A stretch of DNA of 32,107 bases from an uncultured Syntrophaceae bacterium (GCA_964468685.1 CAYXUH010000003.1:1-32107), one strand, 5' to 3'. Counted from the stretch's first letter, positions 8,713 to 16,956 are shown. Translations and numbers: made by a program. The notes: generated by a model not told the origin, from the sequence alone.

Positions 8713-9078
8713 CGTTTTTCTCTATTGATGTTGCGTGCTAAGCCTTCCTTTCCAAAGTATTTCAGGAGACCGAATTAGCTACCGAGAAGAAGCGATCATT
8801 GCACAGTAAAACCTGTACGAAGGGGCCGCTGAGTAGCCTCCATTTGTTGTAAATTCAAAAGTTGTTCTGTAACTGAAACCAACCAGGTCAATGCAGCTTT
8901 TAGGAAGTTGGCACCGTAAAGAAATTCTGGTTTGTCTCTAAGGCCTGTTTTATGCTTTCCATAATTTTCAGAGAGATACATCGCCCGTCCGTTAGAACCG
9001 GAGGAGGTTTATCTGAGAGCTTGCCGCTTTAAAGATACAGAATAAGGACCGAACAACTCCCAAACAAAGGAAAGGTAC

Positions 9079-10326
9079 ATGAATATTTCAGAAATCAAAA
9101 ACAAATCTATTGGTGATCTCAACGAATTAGCAAAAGAGCTGAACATCACCGGCACCAGCGGGATGAAACGGCAGGACCTCATCTTCGCAATTCTTCAATA
9201 CCAGACGGAAAAAAATGGTGTTATCACAGGAGAAGGCGTCCTGGAAACACTGCCGGATGGTTTCGGTTTTCTCAGATCGGTGGGGTATAATTATTTCCCC
9301 GGACCTGATGATATCTATGTTTCGCCCTCCCAGATACGAAGATTCGGCATGAGGACCGGAGACACGATATCCGGCGAGGTGAGACCCCCGAAAGAGGGGG
9401 AAAAATATTTTGCCCTCCTGAAGGTGGAGTCGATCAATTTCGAGCCCCCTGAGGCCGCAAGGGGCAAGATCCTTTTTGATAATCTCACCCCCCTGTATCC
9501 TGAAGAAAAATGGGAACTGGAAGCGGACCCCGAAAACTACTCGACACGAGTCATGGATATCTTTACTCCCATCGGCAAGGGACAGCGGGGGCTTATCGTC
9601 TCGCCGCCCCGGACAGGGAAAACGGTCCTCCTGAAGGATATCGCCCACAGTATTGCCAAAAACCACAAGGATGCCGTTTTGATGGTCCTGCTGATCGATG
9701 AACGTCCCGAAGAGGTGACGGATATGGAAAGGAGTGTTACCGGCGAGGTTATCTCTTCAACCTTCGACGAGACCGCTTCGCGACATGTCCAGATTGCTGA
9801 GATGGTAATCGAAAAGGCCAAGCGCCTGGTGGAGCACAACCGGGACGTTGTTATACTCCTGGACAGCATTACCCGTCTCGCTCGGGCCTATAACTCCATC
9901 GTGCCGCCCAGCGGCAAGGTCCTCTCCGGTGGAGTGGATTCCAATGCCCTGCACAAGCCGAAGCGGTTTTTCGGCGCTGCGCGTAATATCGAAGGAGGGG
10001 GCAGTCTCACTATCATTTCAACGGCCCTTATTGATACAGGAAGCCGGATGGACGAGGTTATTTTTGAAGAGTTTAAGGGAACGGGAAATATGGAGCTTCA
10101 CCTCGACAGGAGGATTTCCGACAAACGGATTTTCCCCGCATTCGATCTGGTCCGTTCCGGAACAAGGAAGGAAGAGATGCTGATCCAGGAGAAAGACCTG
10201 CGGAGGATATGGATACTGAGGAGACTTCTGCAGGAGATGAATCCTGTGGATGCCATGGAATTCATCATCGATAAGATCCGGAAGACCACAACCAACAAGG
10301 AATTTTTTGAATCCATGAAACAGTAA
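9079..10326 (+). CDS. rho: Transcription termination factor Rho
   Basis: The N-terminal RNA-binding region ([28 protein letters not shown]) is present. So are the Walker A motif (PPRTGKT), [10 protein letters not shown] and the C-terminal FPAFDL..SGTRKEE. A strong RBS, AAAGGAAAGG, lies before the ATG. Confidence 0.97.
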   Translation: MNISEIKNKSIGDLNELAKELNITGTSGMKRQDLIFAILQYQTEKNGVITGEGVLETLPDGFGFLRSVGYNYFPGPDDIYVSPSQIRRFGMRTGDTISGEVRPPKEGEKYFALLKVESINFEPPEAARGKILFDNLTPLYPEEKWELEADPENYSTRVMDIFTPIGKGQRGLIVSPPRTGKTVLLKDIAHSIAKNHKDAVLMVLLIDERPEEVTDMERSVTGEVISSTFDETASRHVQIAEMVIEKAKRLVEHNRDVVILLDSITRLARAYNSIVPPSGKVLSGGVDSNALHKPKRFFGAARNIEGGGSLTIISTALIDTGSRMDEVIFEEFKGTGNMELHLDRRISDKRIFPAFDLVRSGTRKEEMLIQEKDLRRIWILRRLLQEMNPVDAMEFIIDKIRKTTTNKEFFESMKQ

Positions 10327-10352
10327 CAGAACAACTTTTCGAATTTATTTTC

Positions 10353-10380
10353 TTGAAATTCGTTTTGATATGGATATAAT
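10353..10380 (+). promoter_or_regulatory. Candidate sigma70-type promoter for rpmE
   Basis: TTGAAA (10353..10358), a 16-nt spacer, then TATAAT (10375..10380), about 40 nt upstream of the rpmE start. Confidence 0.55.
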
Positions 10381-10418
10381 AGCAACTTTTTTAATGCCCA
10401 AGGAGGTTGGTGCGAACG

Positions 10419-10625
10419 ATGAAGCAAGATATTCACCCGGAATACAAGGAATCCACCGTTACATGTGTGTGTGGAAATGTTTTCGAAACCAGGTCCACCA
10501 CAGGCGATATTAAGGTTGAGATCTGCTCGAAATGTCACCCGTTTTTTACCGGAAAGCAGAAGATAATGGATACTGCCGGAAGGATCGAGAAGTTTAACCG
10601 CAAATATGGTGACCTTGAAAAATAA
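10419..10625 (+). CDS. rpmE: 50S ribosomal protein L31 (zinc-binding type)
   Basis: The sequence MKQDIHPEY...CVCGN...[12 protein letters not shown]...[11 protein letters not shown] is a canonical L31 with CxxG...CxxCH. The start is placed at the ATG at 10419, downstream of the RBS AAGGAGG. The track start 10407 looks too close to that RBS. Confidence 0.93.
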   Translation: MKQDIHPEYKESTVTCVCGNVFETRSTTGDIKVEICSKCHPFFTGKQKIMDTAGRIEKFNRKYGDLEK

Positions 10626-10827
10626 CTGTGGGCGTCAATAACCAGGCACAAAGTGGCTTCGACTCTACGGATCCTCTTCCGTGGGAGGCGGCTTCCTTTC
10701 TTTCTTTGTGCCTCCGTAAACCTGATCAGGCGTATTTCTCGGGGCCCCTTAGGCTCGGAAGGGCCGCCCGCCGAATGCCATTTCTCCCTCTGTCGTAATT
10801 CACTATCGTCCGCTCAGGAAGGTCCGT

Positions 10828-11898
10828 ATGCTGACAAAGCTTAGAGAAATCGAAAATAGATGTGAAGAGCTGGAAGGGCTGTTGAGTGATCCCGAGATAA
10901 TCGCCAATTACAGTGTGTACCAGAAATATGCCAAGGAACATGCCGGCATCGTCGATATTGTGCGGACCTACCGGGAATACCGCTATATCACGTCCCAGGT
11001 CGAGGACAACAAGGATCTTCTCAAGGAAGGCGACGCAGACCTGCGGGAGTTGGCAAAAGAGGAGCTTCCCCATCTACGCGAAACCCTTCATGCTCTGGAA
11101 GAAAAGCTTAAATATCTTATGCTTCCAACCAATCCTAACGACGAGAGAAATGTGTTTCTGGAGATTCGGGCTGGTACCGGAGGAGATGAAGCGGGACTCT
11201 TTGCAGGGGATCTTTTCCGGATGTACACCCGCTATGCGGAGCGATCCAACTGGAAGGTGGAATTTATCAGCTCCAGCCTGTCCGGGGGTATTGGGGGTTT
11301 CAAGGAGGTTGTACTCCTTGTTGAGGGGAATGGCGCGTACAGCAGACTGAAGTACGAAAGCGGTGTTCACCGGGTGCAAAGGGTCCCCCTTACCGAGGCG
11401 CAGGGAAGGATCCATACCTCCGCCGTAACCGTGGCCGTTCTGCCCGAGGCAGAGGAGGTGGAAGTGAACATTGATCCGAATGAACTCCGGATAGATGTCT
11501 ATCGCTCCACGGGGCACGGAGGGCAAAGCGTCAATACCACTGACTCCGCGGTACGGATCACCCATATTCCAACAGGGCTGGTGGTAACCTGTCAGGACGA
11601 AAAATCGCAGCACAAAAATAAGGCAAAGGCCCTCAAGGTACTGCGCGCCAGACTTTTCGAACAAGCAAGCGGGGAGCACGATGCAGCGATCTCCGAGACG
11701 AGAAAACAACAGGTGGGAAGCGGGGACAGGAGCCAGAGGGTCCGGACCTACAATTTTCCTCAAGGGAGAATGACAGATCACCGAATCGGCCTTACCCTGT
11801 ACAACCTGGAAAATATACTGGATGGAGATATCGATACCATTATCGACGCCCTCACCACCCATTATCAGACCGAGGCGCTCAAATCCCCGGCAATATAA
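10828..11898 (+). CDS. prfA: Peptide chain release factor 1
   Basis: It has the GGQ motif ([20 protein letters not shown]). The RF1-type tripeptide position reads P-L-T in [17 protein letters not shown], not the SPF of RF2. No programmed frameshift is present. Confidence 0.93.
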   Translation: MLTKLREIENRCEELEGLLSDPEIIANYSVYQKYAKEHAGIVDIVRTYREYRYITSQVEDNKDLLKEGDADLRELAKEELPHLRETLHALEEKLKYLMLPTNPNDERNVFLEIRAGTGGDEAGLFAGDLFRMYTRYAERSNWKVEFISSSLSGGIGGFKEVVLLVEGNGAYSRLKYESGVHRVQRVPLTEAQGRIHTSAVTVAVLPEAEEVEVNIDPNELRIDVYRSTGHGGQSVNTTDSAVRITHIPTGLVVTCQDEKSQHKNKAKALKVLRARLFEQASGEHDAAISETRKQQVGSGDRSQRVRTYNFPQGRMTDHRIGLTLYNLENILDGDIDTIIDALTTHYQTEALKSPAI

Positions 11899-12021
11899 TG
11901 GAAGACCCTTCACGGTCGACTGGTGGGAATGAGTCCCAAGTCCTCAGTTGCCCCGCATCCTTTTATGGCGTAACTGGCTGTAAATGGAAACATAAATTAG
12001 ATTAACATAAGGAGAGAATAT

Positions 12022-12507
12022 ATGAACTCACACCAATGGAACAGTCCCCCGGCAATGAAAATTGGCACGGATAAGATCTACCGGGTAATAATGAAGACCG
12101 ACCGGGGTGATATTGAGCTGGAGCTCTATCCCCAACATGCCCCCAAGACGGTCAACAACTTCGTATTCCTGACCCAGGAAGGGTTTTATAATGGCCTGGT
12201 CTTTCACCGGGTGATCGGAGATTTTATGATTCAGGGGGGTGATCCTACCGGGACCGGCGCGGGAGGCCCAGGATATCAGTTTGAAGACGAGACACAGGGA
12301 AGCCCCTTGCGGCACGAAACCGGCGCAATCTCTATGGCGAACGCTGGACCGAATACGAATGGCAGCCAGTTTTTTATCACCCATTCGCCTCAGCTTCATC
12401 TTGACGGCCACCACACGGTGTTCGGAAAGGTAATAACAGGACAGGACGTGGTAGATGCAATCCGCCAAGATGACCACATAACGAGCGCAGAAGTAACCGA
12501 AGCTTAA
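12022..12507 (+). CDS. ppiB: Cyclophilin-type peptidyl-prolyl cis-trans isomerase, cytoplasmic
   Basis: The motifs [25 protein letters not shown] and [15 protein letters not shown] are present. There is no signal peptide. The RBS is AAGGAGAG. Confidence 0.9.
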   Translation: MNSHQWNSPPAMKIGTDKIYRVIMKTDRGDIELELYPQHAPKTVNNFVFLTQEGFYNGLVFHRVIGDFMIQGGDPTGTGAGGPGYQFEDETQGSPLRHETGAISMANAGPNTNGSQFFITHSPQLHLDGHHTVFGKVITGQDVVDAIRQDDHITSAEVTEA

Positions 12508-12589
12508 TGCTCAGTAATATCAGAGGCTTGTTGGCGGTCGCTCGTTTTGACCGGACGGCAACCCCATACGGCACCCCTTTCGAACGTAT

Positions 12590-14548
12590 ATGATCTCACT
12601 GCAGGACATATCAAAGCAGTACAGCGGAAGATATCTCTTCAGGGACCTCTCCCTCCAGATAGAAGACGGAAACAGGATCGCCTTTGTGGGGCGTAACGGG
12701 ACAGGCAAATCCACATTGATGAAGATCATTCTGGGAGAAATCGACTCGGACACAGGAAAGATTATCCGGTCCAGATTTAACAGCGTCGGCTATCTTCCCC
12801 AGGACAGCGTCTATCATGCCGGCCGCACCCTCTTCGAGGAGGCGGCAACCGCCTTTGACGACCTGAATCGCCTCCATGAGAGGGTCGGGGAAATAGGAAA
12901 AGAAATTTTAGCCCTGACCGATCACGGGGGGCCTGACACTCTGGGATTACAAGAGCTCGTGAACGAAATGGGGCGGGCACAGAGTATCCTTGAGCACCGG
13001 GAGGGATACTCGATAGAGATAAAGGTGCAACAGGTACTTTCCGGGCTCGGTTTTTATGAGAAGGACCTGTCCCGAATGACAGAGGAGTTCAGTGGCGGCT
13101 GGCAGATGCGGATAGCCCTCGCCAAACTGCTCCTCACGGAACCAACCATCCTGATGCTCGACGAACCCACCAATCACCTGGATATTGAATCTCTGGAATG
13201 GATCGAAGGATACCTGAAGTCATATCAGGGTTCTCTCGTGCTGGTATCCCATGACAGCCGCTTTCTTGATACTCTTGTCGAAAAGGTGATTGAGATATCC
13301 ATGGGCAAGGCGACCGAATACACCGGGAACTATTCATCCTATCTGACCCAGCAGGCCGGGCGCCGTGCGATACTCGAGGCCTCCCTTAAAAATCGACAGC
13401 GCACGATCGACAGTACGACGCGCTTTATCGAGCGATTCCGGTATAAGAGTACCAAGGCACGGCAGGTCCAGAGTCGGATAAAGAGGCTCGAAAAGATGGA
13501 GTCCCTTGCGATAGACAGGGAGGAGCACTCCATATCGTTGGACTTTCCGGATCCGCCACGCGCCGGCCGGGTGGTCATGGAGTTAGAAAATATCTCAAAG
13601 GTCTACGATAACAACATGGTCCTCCAGGACATATCTCTCACCATTGAGCGCACAGACAGAATCGCCCTTCTCGGGACGAACGGCTCCGGAAAGTCCACCC
13701 TCGCACGTATCATAGCTGGCGTTGAGACCTTCCAGGACGGCCTCAGAAACCCGGGGAACAATGCCATTCTCTCATACTATGCTCAAAATACAGCGGACGA
13801 ACTGGACCCGGACAAGACGACCCTGCAGACACTCGACGTTGTAGCTCCTCTCAAATCGCCCGGGGAGTTGAGAACGCTCCTCGGTTGTTTTCTCTTTACG
13901 GGGGATGACGCGTTCAAACCCGTTTCCGTCCTGTCAGGAGGTGAAAAGAGCCGGCTTGCCCTCGCGAAGATGCTTCTGAAGCCGGCAAACCTGCTGATCA
14001 TGGATGAACCGACGAATCACCTTGACGCCCAGTCAAAGGTCATTCTCCGGGACAGTCTCCAGAGGTTCCCCGGGGCATATGTAATCGTGTCTCACGACAG
14101 AGATTTTCTCGCTCCCCTCATAAACAAGGTGGCGGTATTGAAGGATAACGACCTATACCTATACCACGGAGGTGTTGATGAGTACCTGGACAGATATCAC
14201 CAGGAACAGAACGATCCCACTGGGGGGAAACCCCTCCCGGAAAGCATAACTCCGGCAGAATCTCAAAAAGATCAGAAAAGAAAAGAGGCCGAAAGCAGAC
14301 AGCATCGCTATAAGCGGATGAAACCGCTGAAGGAATCGCTTGAACACATCGAAAAAGAGATAGCCGCCTTCGAGAAGAAAAAAGAGGAGATAGACAGCGC
14401 CTTCTCCGATCAGGATACCTATAAAAATGATTCGTTAATCCAATCTCTCCATATAGAATATTCCCAGGTGACCTCTCGGCTCGCATCTCTCTACGATACG
14501 TGGACAGCAACAGAAGAAGAGATTGACGAGCTTACACGCAATGATTGA
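12590..14548 (+). CDS. ABC-F family ATPase (two ABC domains, no membrane domain, charged coiled-coil C-terminus)
   Basis: Two Walker A motifs are present (GRNGTGKST and GTNGSGKST), and two signature motifs (FSGGWQMR and LSGGEKSR). There are no hydrophobic segments, and the tail is K/E-rich. This is the Uup/YheS/EttA-like architecture. I cannot assign a subfamily by eye. Confidence 0.88.
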   Translation: MISLQDISKQYSGRYLFRDLSLQIEDGNRIAFVGRNGTGKSTLMKIILGEIDSDTGKIIRSRFNSVGYLPQDSVYHAGRTLFEEAATAFDDLNRLHERVGEIGKEILALTDHGGPDTLGLQELVNEMGRAQSILEHREGYSIEIKVQQVLSGLGFYEKDLSRMTEEFSGGWQMRIALAKLLLTEPTILMLDEPTNHLDIESLEWIEGYLKSYQGSLVLVSHDSRFLDTLVEKVIEISMGKATEYTGNYSSYLTQQAGRRAILEASLKNRQRTIDSTTRFIERFRYKSTKARQVQSRIKRLEKMESLAIDREEHSISLDFPDPPRAGRVVMELENISKVYDNNMVLQDISLTIERTDRIALLGTNGSGKSTLARIIAGVETFQDGLRNPGNNAILSYYAQNTADELDPDKTTLQTLDVVAPLKSPGELRTLLGCFLFTGDDAFKPVSVLSGGEKSRLALAKMLLKPANLLIMDEPTNHLDAQSKVILRDSLQRFPGAYVIVSHDRDFLAPLINKVAVLKDNDLYLYHGGVDEYLDRYHQEQNDPTGGKPLPESITPAESQKDQKRKEAESRQHRYKRMKPLKESLEHIEKEIAAFEKKKEEIDSAFSDQDTYKNDSLIQSLHIEYSQVTSRLASLYDTWTATEEEIDELTRND

Positions 14549-14550
14549 CC

Positions 14551-14579
14551 TTGACTTTCGCTTTTTTCTCCCTTATACT
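14551..14579 (+). promoter_or_regulatory. Near-consensus sigma70-type promoter for the ECF-S-like/DUF1893/YjbQ operon
   Basis: TTGACT (14551..14556), an exactly 17-nt spacer, then TATACT (14574..14579). It begins 3 nt after the ABC-F stop codon. Confidence 0.6.
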
Positions 14580-14585
14580 TTTCTC

Positions 14586-14735
14586 CAGTCGTGGCAGCAA
14601 ACCTCAACGGGTCTGTACAAAGAGATCCGCCATGTACCGCCCCGCGGGATTGTGGGAATTCTGCGGGAGTGACAGCCTGAATGAAATCCGGCCTGTTGCA
14701 CGGCCGCCACCATTCACCGTCAAGGGGGAATCATC
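14586..14735 (+). promoter_or_regulatory. Structured 5' leader of about 150 nt (unclassified; a possible cis-regulatory RNA)
   Basis: A long-range helix pairs GTGGCAGC (14591..14598) with GCCGCCAC (14703..14710), 7 of 8 pairs. It encloses two hairpins: 14608..14629 (7 bp) and 14641..14667 (11 bp including two G-U pairs). A third hairpin, CGGCC (14689..14693) with GGCCG (14702..14706), is mutually exclusive with the long-range helix. The RBS AAGGGGGA lies at 14722..14729. Confidence 0.35.
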
Positions 14736-15305
14736 ATGAACACCGTACCGATATCAACAGGAGAAGTAACGTTCCCGCATATCTTAGAATTCTCCGATCT
14801 TCGTTTGTACGTATATGTCAGCCTCTTTGTTGCGCTTGACGTGGCCGTTCCGTGGCTGTGTCATATCATTCACCCCCTGGCGGGTCCTACGTTTCTCCCT
14901 CTTTTTTTCTTCGTTTTGCTGGCAGGAATCTCTCTCGGCTGGAGGGCCGGGATCCTGGTCGGGCTGCTTACCCCCCTCATAAGCTACACACTTTCGGGCA
15001 TGCCCTTCCCTCAGATGCTCCCCCGCATCATTATTGAGGGCACGTTTTATGGCCTTGCAGCCGGGCTCTTGCGCGGACATTTCAGACTGGGGGTGATCAC
15101 CTCTCTCGTCGGGGCACTGATAGCAGGGCGTCTCGCCGCTTTTATCCTGATGACCCTGACCCTGGATCTTTCTCATTCCGCAAACCTGGCGTGGCAGACC
15201 GCAAAAGCGGGATGGCCGGGCATTGTTCTTCAACTCCTCCTCCTCCCCCTGATCGTTGTTTTGCTCGAAAGACTATGGTCCAGACACCACCATGCCAACC
15301 GCTAA
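14736..15305 (+). CDS. Small polytopic membrane protein, ECF-transporter S-component-like (substrate unknown)
   Basis: A 189-aa ORF with 5-6 hydrophobic helices. The stretch FLPLFFFVLLAGISLGWRAGILVGLLTPLISYTLSGMP resembles the core of ECF S components as I recall them. It has a good RBS, and its 3' end overlaps the next gene by 14 nt. Confidence 0.5.
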   Translation: MNTVPISTGEVTFPHILEFSDLRLYVYVSLFVALDVAVPWLCHIIHPLAGPTFLPLFFFVLLAGISLGWRAGILVGLLTPLISYTLSGMPFPQMLPRIIIEGTFYGLAAGLLRGHFRLGVITSLVGALIAGRLAAFILMTLTLDLSHSANLAWQTAKAGWPGIVLQLLLLPLIVVLLERLWSRHHHANR

Positions 15306-15729
15306 TGCCCGTTTTGAATCATTTCTGAAAAGCAGCGATGCCATCTGGGTCATCAGCCCGGCGGGCATCATATTCCAGTCTCAGCAAAGGGGTATTGCCC
15401 CGCTGCTTTGCTATCTTGAGCAGACCTCCGCTCCAGATGAGGTGGTAATTCTCGACAAGGTCACCGGAAACGCCGCCGCCCTGCTCATGAAAAAGGCGTG
15501 CTGCCGCGAGGTGTTCTCGCCGATCGGAAGCGAGATGGCAGCCGAAACACTGAAAGGCTTAGGCATTTTATGCCATTTCACACAAACGGTCCCCTATATT
15601 ATCAATCGCGAGGGCAGCGGGAAGTGCCCCTTTGAGACAATGTCCACGGGAAAATCCCCGGATGAATTCTATGAACTTCTGAAGCTTCATCCCCTCTTTG
15701 CAGACATCTTTAACAGGGGCAACCCATGA
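15292..15729 (+). CDS. DUF1893 (TM1506-like) domain protein
   Basis: The pattern RGIAPLL..., ILDKVTGNAAALLM...C.EVFSPIGSE.A...L...GI......VPYIINREGSGKCPFE matches the DUF1893 family from memory. The start is taken at the ATG at 15292, because the track start 15256 is a TTG inside the upstream gene. The stop overlaps the next start as ATGA. Confidence 0.6.
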   Translation: MPTANARFESFLKSSDAIWVISPAGIIFQSQQRGIAPLLCYLEQTSAPDEVVILDKVTGNAAALLMKKACCREVFSPIGSEMAAETLKGLGILCHFTQTVPYIINREGSGKCPFETMSTGKSPDEFYELLKLHPLFADIFNRGNP

Positions 15730-16124
15730 GGACGGCAATAACATTCAGCACAACATCCCGGGAAGAGATCGTGGATATCACGGAGAAGGTGCGAGCTATC
15801 GTATCCGCGCATGGTACGGACTATGAGCTGTGCGCCCTGTACGCGCCGGGAGCAACGGCGGCAATCATGATACAGGAAAACTGGGATCCGAACATACAGA
15901 CCGACGTGCTCAGGTGTCTCCGAACGATAGCCCCCGAGGGACAATGGCTGCATGACAGGGTGGACGGCAATGGTGATGCCCACATCAAAGCGGGCATTAT
16001 AGGGCCCTCAGAGGTGATCCCTACAGAGAACGGACAATCCCTCCTCAGTACATGGCAGAACATCTTTTTCTGTGAGTTTGACGGTCCCCGAGCGGAACGG
16101 AAAGTGCTTGTTACGTTGGTATAG
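15726..16124 (+). CDS. YjbQ / UPF0047 family protein (annotated in databases as a secondary thiamine-phosphate synthase enzyme)
   Basis: A 132-aa ORF with ...EIVDITEKV......G...LY.PGATAAIMIQENWDP....D........AP......H...DGNGDAHIKA...G.S..IP...G.L.L.TWQ.IFF.EFDGPR.R typical of YjbQ. Confidence 0.8.
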   Translation: MRTAITFSTTSREEIVDITEKVRAIVSAHGTDYELCALYAPGATAAIMIQENWDPNIQTDVLRCLRTIAPEGQWLHDRVDGNGDAHIKAGIIGPSEVIPTENGQSLLSTWQNIFFCEFDGPRAERKVLVTLV

Positions 16125-16155
16125 TCCCTTCGCCGTAGCCAAACTCCCCTTCCAT

Positions 16156-16181
16156 GGCAAATGTTTCACGTGAAACATTTG
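16156..16181. other. parS: parS centromere-like ParB binding site, embedded in a perfect 26-bp palindrome
   Basis: The sequence GCAAATGTTTCACGTGAAACATTTGC is a perfect palindrome. Its core at 16161..16176, TGTTTCACGTGAAACA, matches the Bacillus-type parS consensus TGTTNCACGTGAAACA at 16 of 16 positions. It lies in the convergent gap between yjbQ-like and nth-like genes, about 6.4 kb from parA. Confidence 0.85.
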
Positions 16182-16305
16182 CGCCCCTCCGTGGGCCGGC
16201 TGAACTATACGGCCGATTCTATCCCCATGAAGGTGGATTCCTCCTGTTGCATACTACACAACAAGCTAATCCGTGTGTATGCATACATGGGTATAAAGAT
16301 GTATC

Positions 16306-16956
16306 TTATGTCGGGAGTTCGTTTTCAAGCGGGCAGCCACTGCAAAGCGGTTTCTTTTTACAAAATTGTTTTCCCACCTGTACAAACAGAGCATGATACT
16401 GATTGTACCGTGGGGTATCACATGGAAGGGTATCCATGAAAAGCGTCTGTATCTCCTGGTAGCTCCAGTCCGGGGTAATAAGAGCATGCCTCTCTAATAC
16501 CCTGCGCGTATAAGCATCAACGACAAAGATCGGTTTACCACCAGCATACAGCAGTATGCTGTCCGCCGTTTCCTTGCCTATTCCCTTGACACTCAGCAAC
16601 TTTTCCCGGAGCGTCCACAACTCTTCGTTGAACATCGCGTCCAGGTCTCCGGTATACTCGTTCTGCAGAAAACCAAGAAACGCCTTGAGCCTCTTCGTCT
16701 TTCTATTATAATAACCTGAAGATTTGATGAGGCCCGCGACAATGCTGGCTTCCGTACCATACAACTTGAGCGGATCGAGAAGGTCCGCCTCTTTTAATCT
16801 ACCTATGGCGGTTTCCACATTTTTCCAGTTTGTGTTTTGTGTCAGGATTGCCCCAACGGCAATTTCAAAGGGAGTTTCTCCCGGCCACCAACGGAGATCC
16901 CCAAAGTATGTATTCAGGGCCTCATACATCGCACCCAGTCTCTCCCTTGTTTGCAT
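16306..16956 (-). CDS. Endonuclease III-related HhH-GPD DNA glycosylase family protein
   Basis: It has the helix-hairpin-helix region LLSVKGIGKETADSILLY followed by VDAYTRRV, plus a C-terminal Cys cluster CKKKPLCSGC. The start is placed at the ATG at 16956 (RBS AAGAGGG). The track start 17040 is a GTG with no RBS. Confidence 0.75.
   Translation of the reverse strand: MQTRERLGAMYEALNTYFGDLRWWPGETPFEIAVGAILTQNTNWKNVETAIGRLKEADLLDPLKLYGTEASIVAGLIKSSGYYNRKTKRLKAFLGFLQNEYTGDLDAMFNEELWTLREKLLSVKGIGKETADSILLYAGGKPIFVVDAYTRRVLERHALITPDWSYQEIQTLFMDTLPCDTPRYNQYHALFVQVGKQFCKKKPLCSGCPLENELPT

Noticed and set aside
8870-8915. SRP-RNA-like string CCAGGTCAATGCAGC...GGAAG in the rho upstream gap
   Set aside because: It lacks the conserved domain IV GGAA tetraloop context and the symmetric-loop pairing. 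The resemblance is limited to a few nucleotides.
8796-8981. 61-aa minus-strand ORF in the pgeF-rho gap (MYLSENYGKHKTGLRDKPEFLYG...)
   Set aside because: It has only a weak RBS, no recognisable domain, and it lies antisense to the presumed rho leader. I briefly wondered whether it is a transposase remnant, but I cannot support that from any motif. A protein database search could revisit this.
10653-10844. 63-aa plus-strand ORF between rpmE and prfA
   Set aside because: It is Arg/Ser/Leu-rich with no RBS. It overlaps the prfA start and the hairpin-forming region, so it is more likely non-coding.
11074-11913. 279-aa minus-strand ORF opposite prfA
   Set aside because: It is antisense to a canonical RF1 (GGQ motif). 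Long stop-free antisense frames are common in such genes, and there is no independent signal.
14586-14735. Classification of the leader as a cobalamin or TPP riboswitch
   Set aside because: The cobalamin-like strings are imperfect (GCCGCCACC instead of GCCACUG), and there is no room for a B12 box before the ATG. The TPP hallmark CUGAGA and the ACCUGAUCUGGAUAAUGCCAGCG-type arm are absent. The leader is kept only as an unclassified structured leader.
14545-14739. 64-aa ORF (TTG start) spanning the ABC-F stop to the membrane-protein start
   Set aside because: Its 5' third coincides with the near-consensus promoter, so the full ORF would not be on the operon transcript. Only the internal 35-codon version (ATG at 14632) remains as a weak possibility, and it is noted in the leader finding.
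16154-16439. 80-aa and 92-aa plus-strand ORFs crossing the parS palindrome
   Set aside because: They run through the parS site and then antisense into the nth-like gene. They have no RBS or motif.
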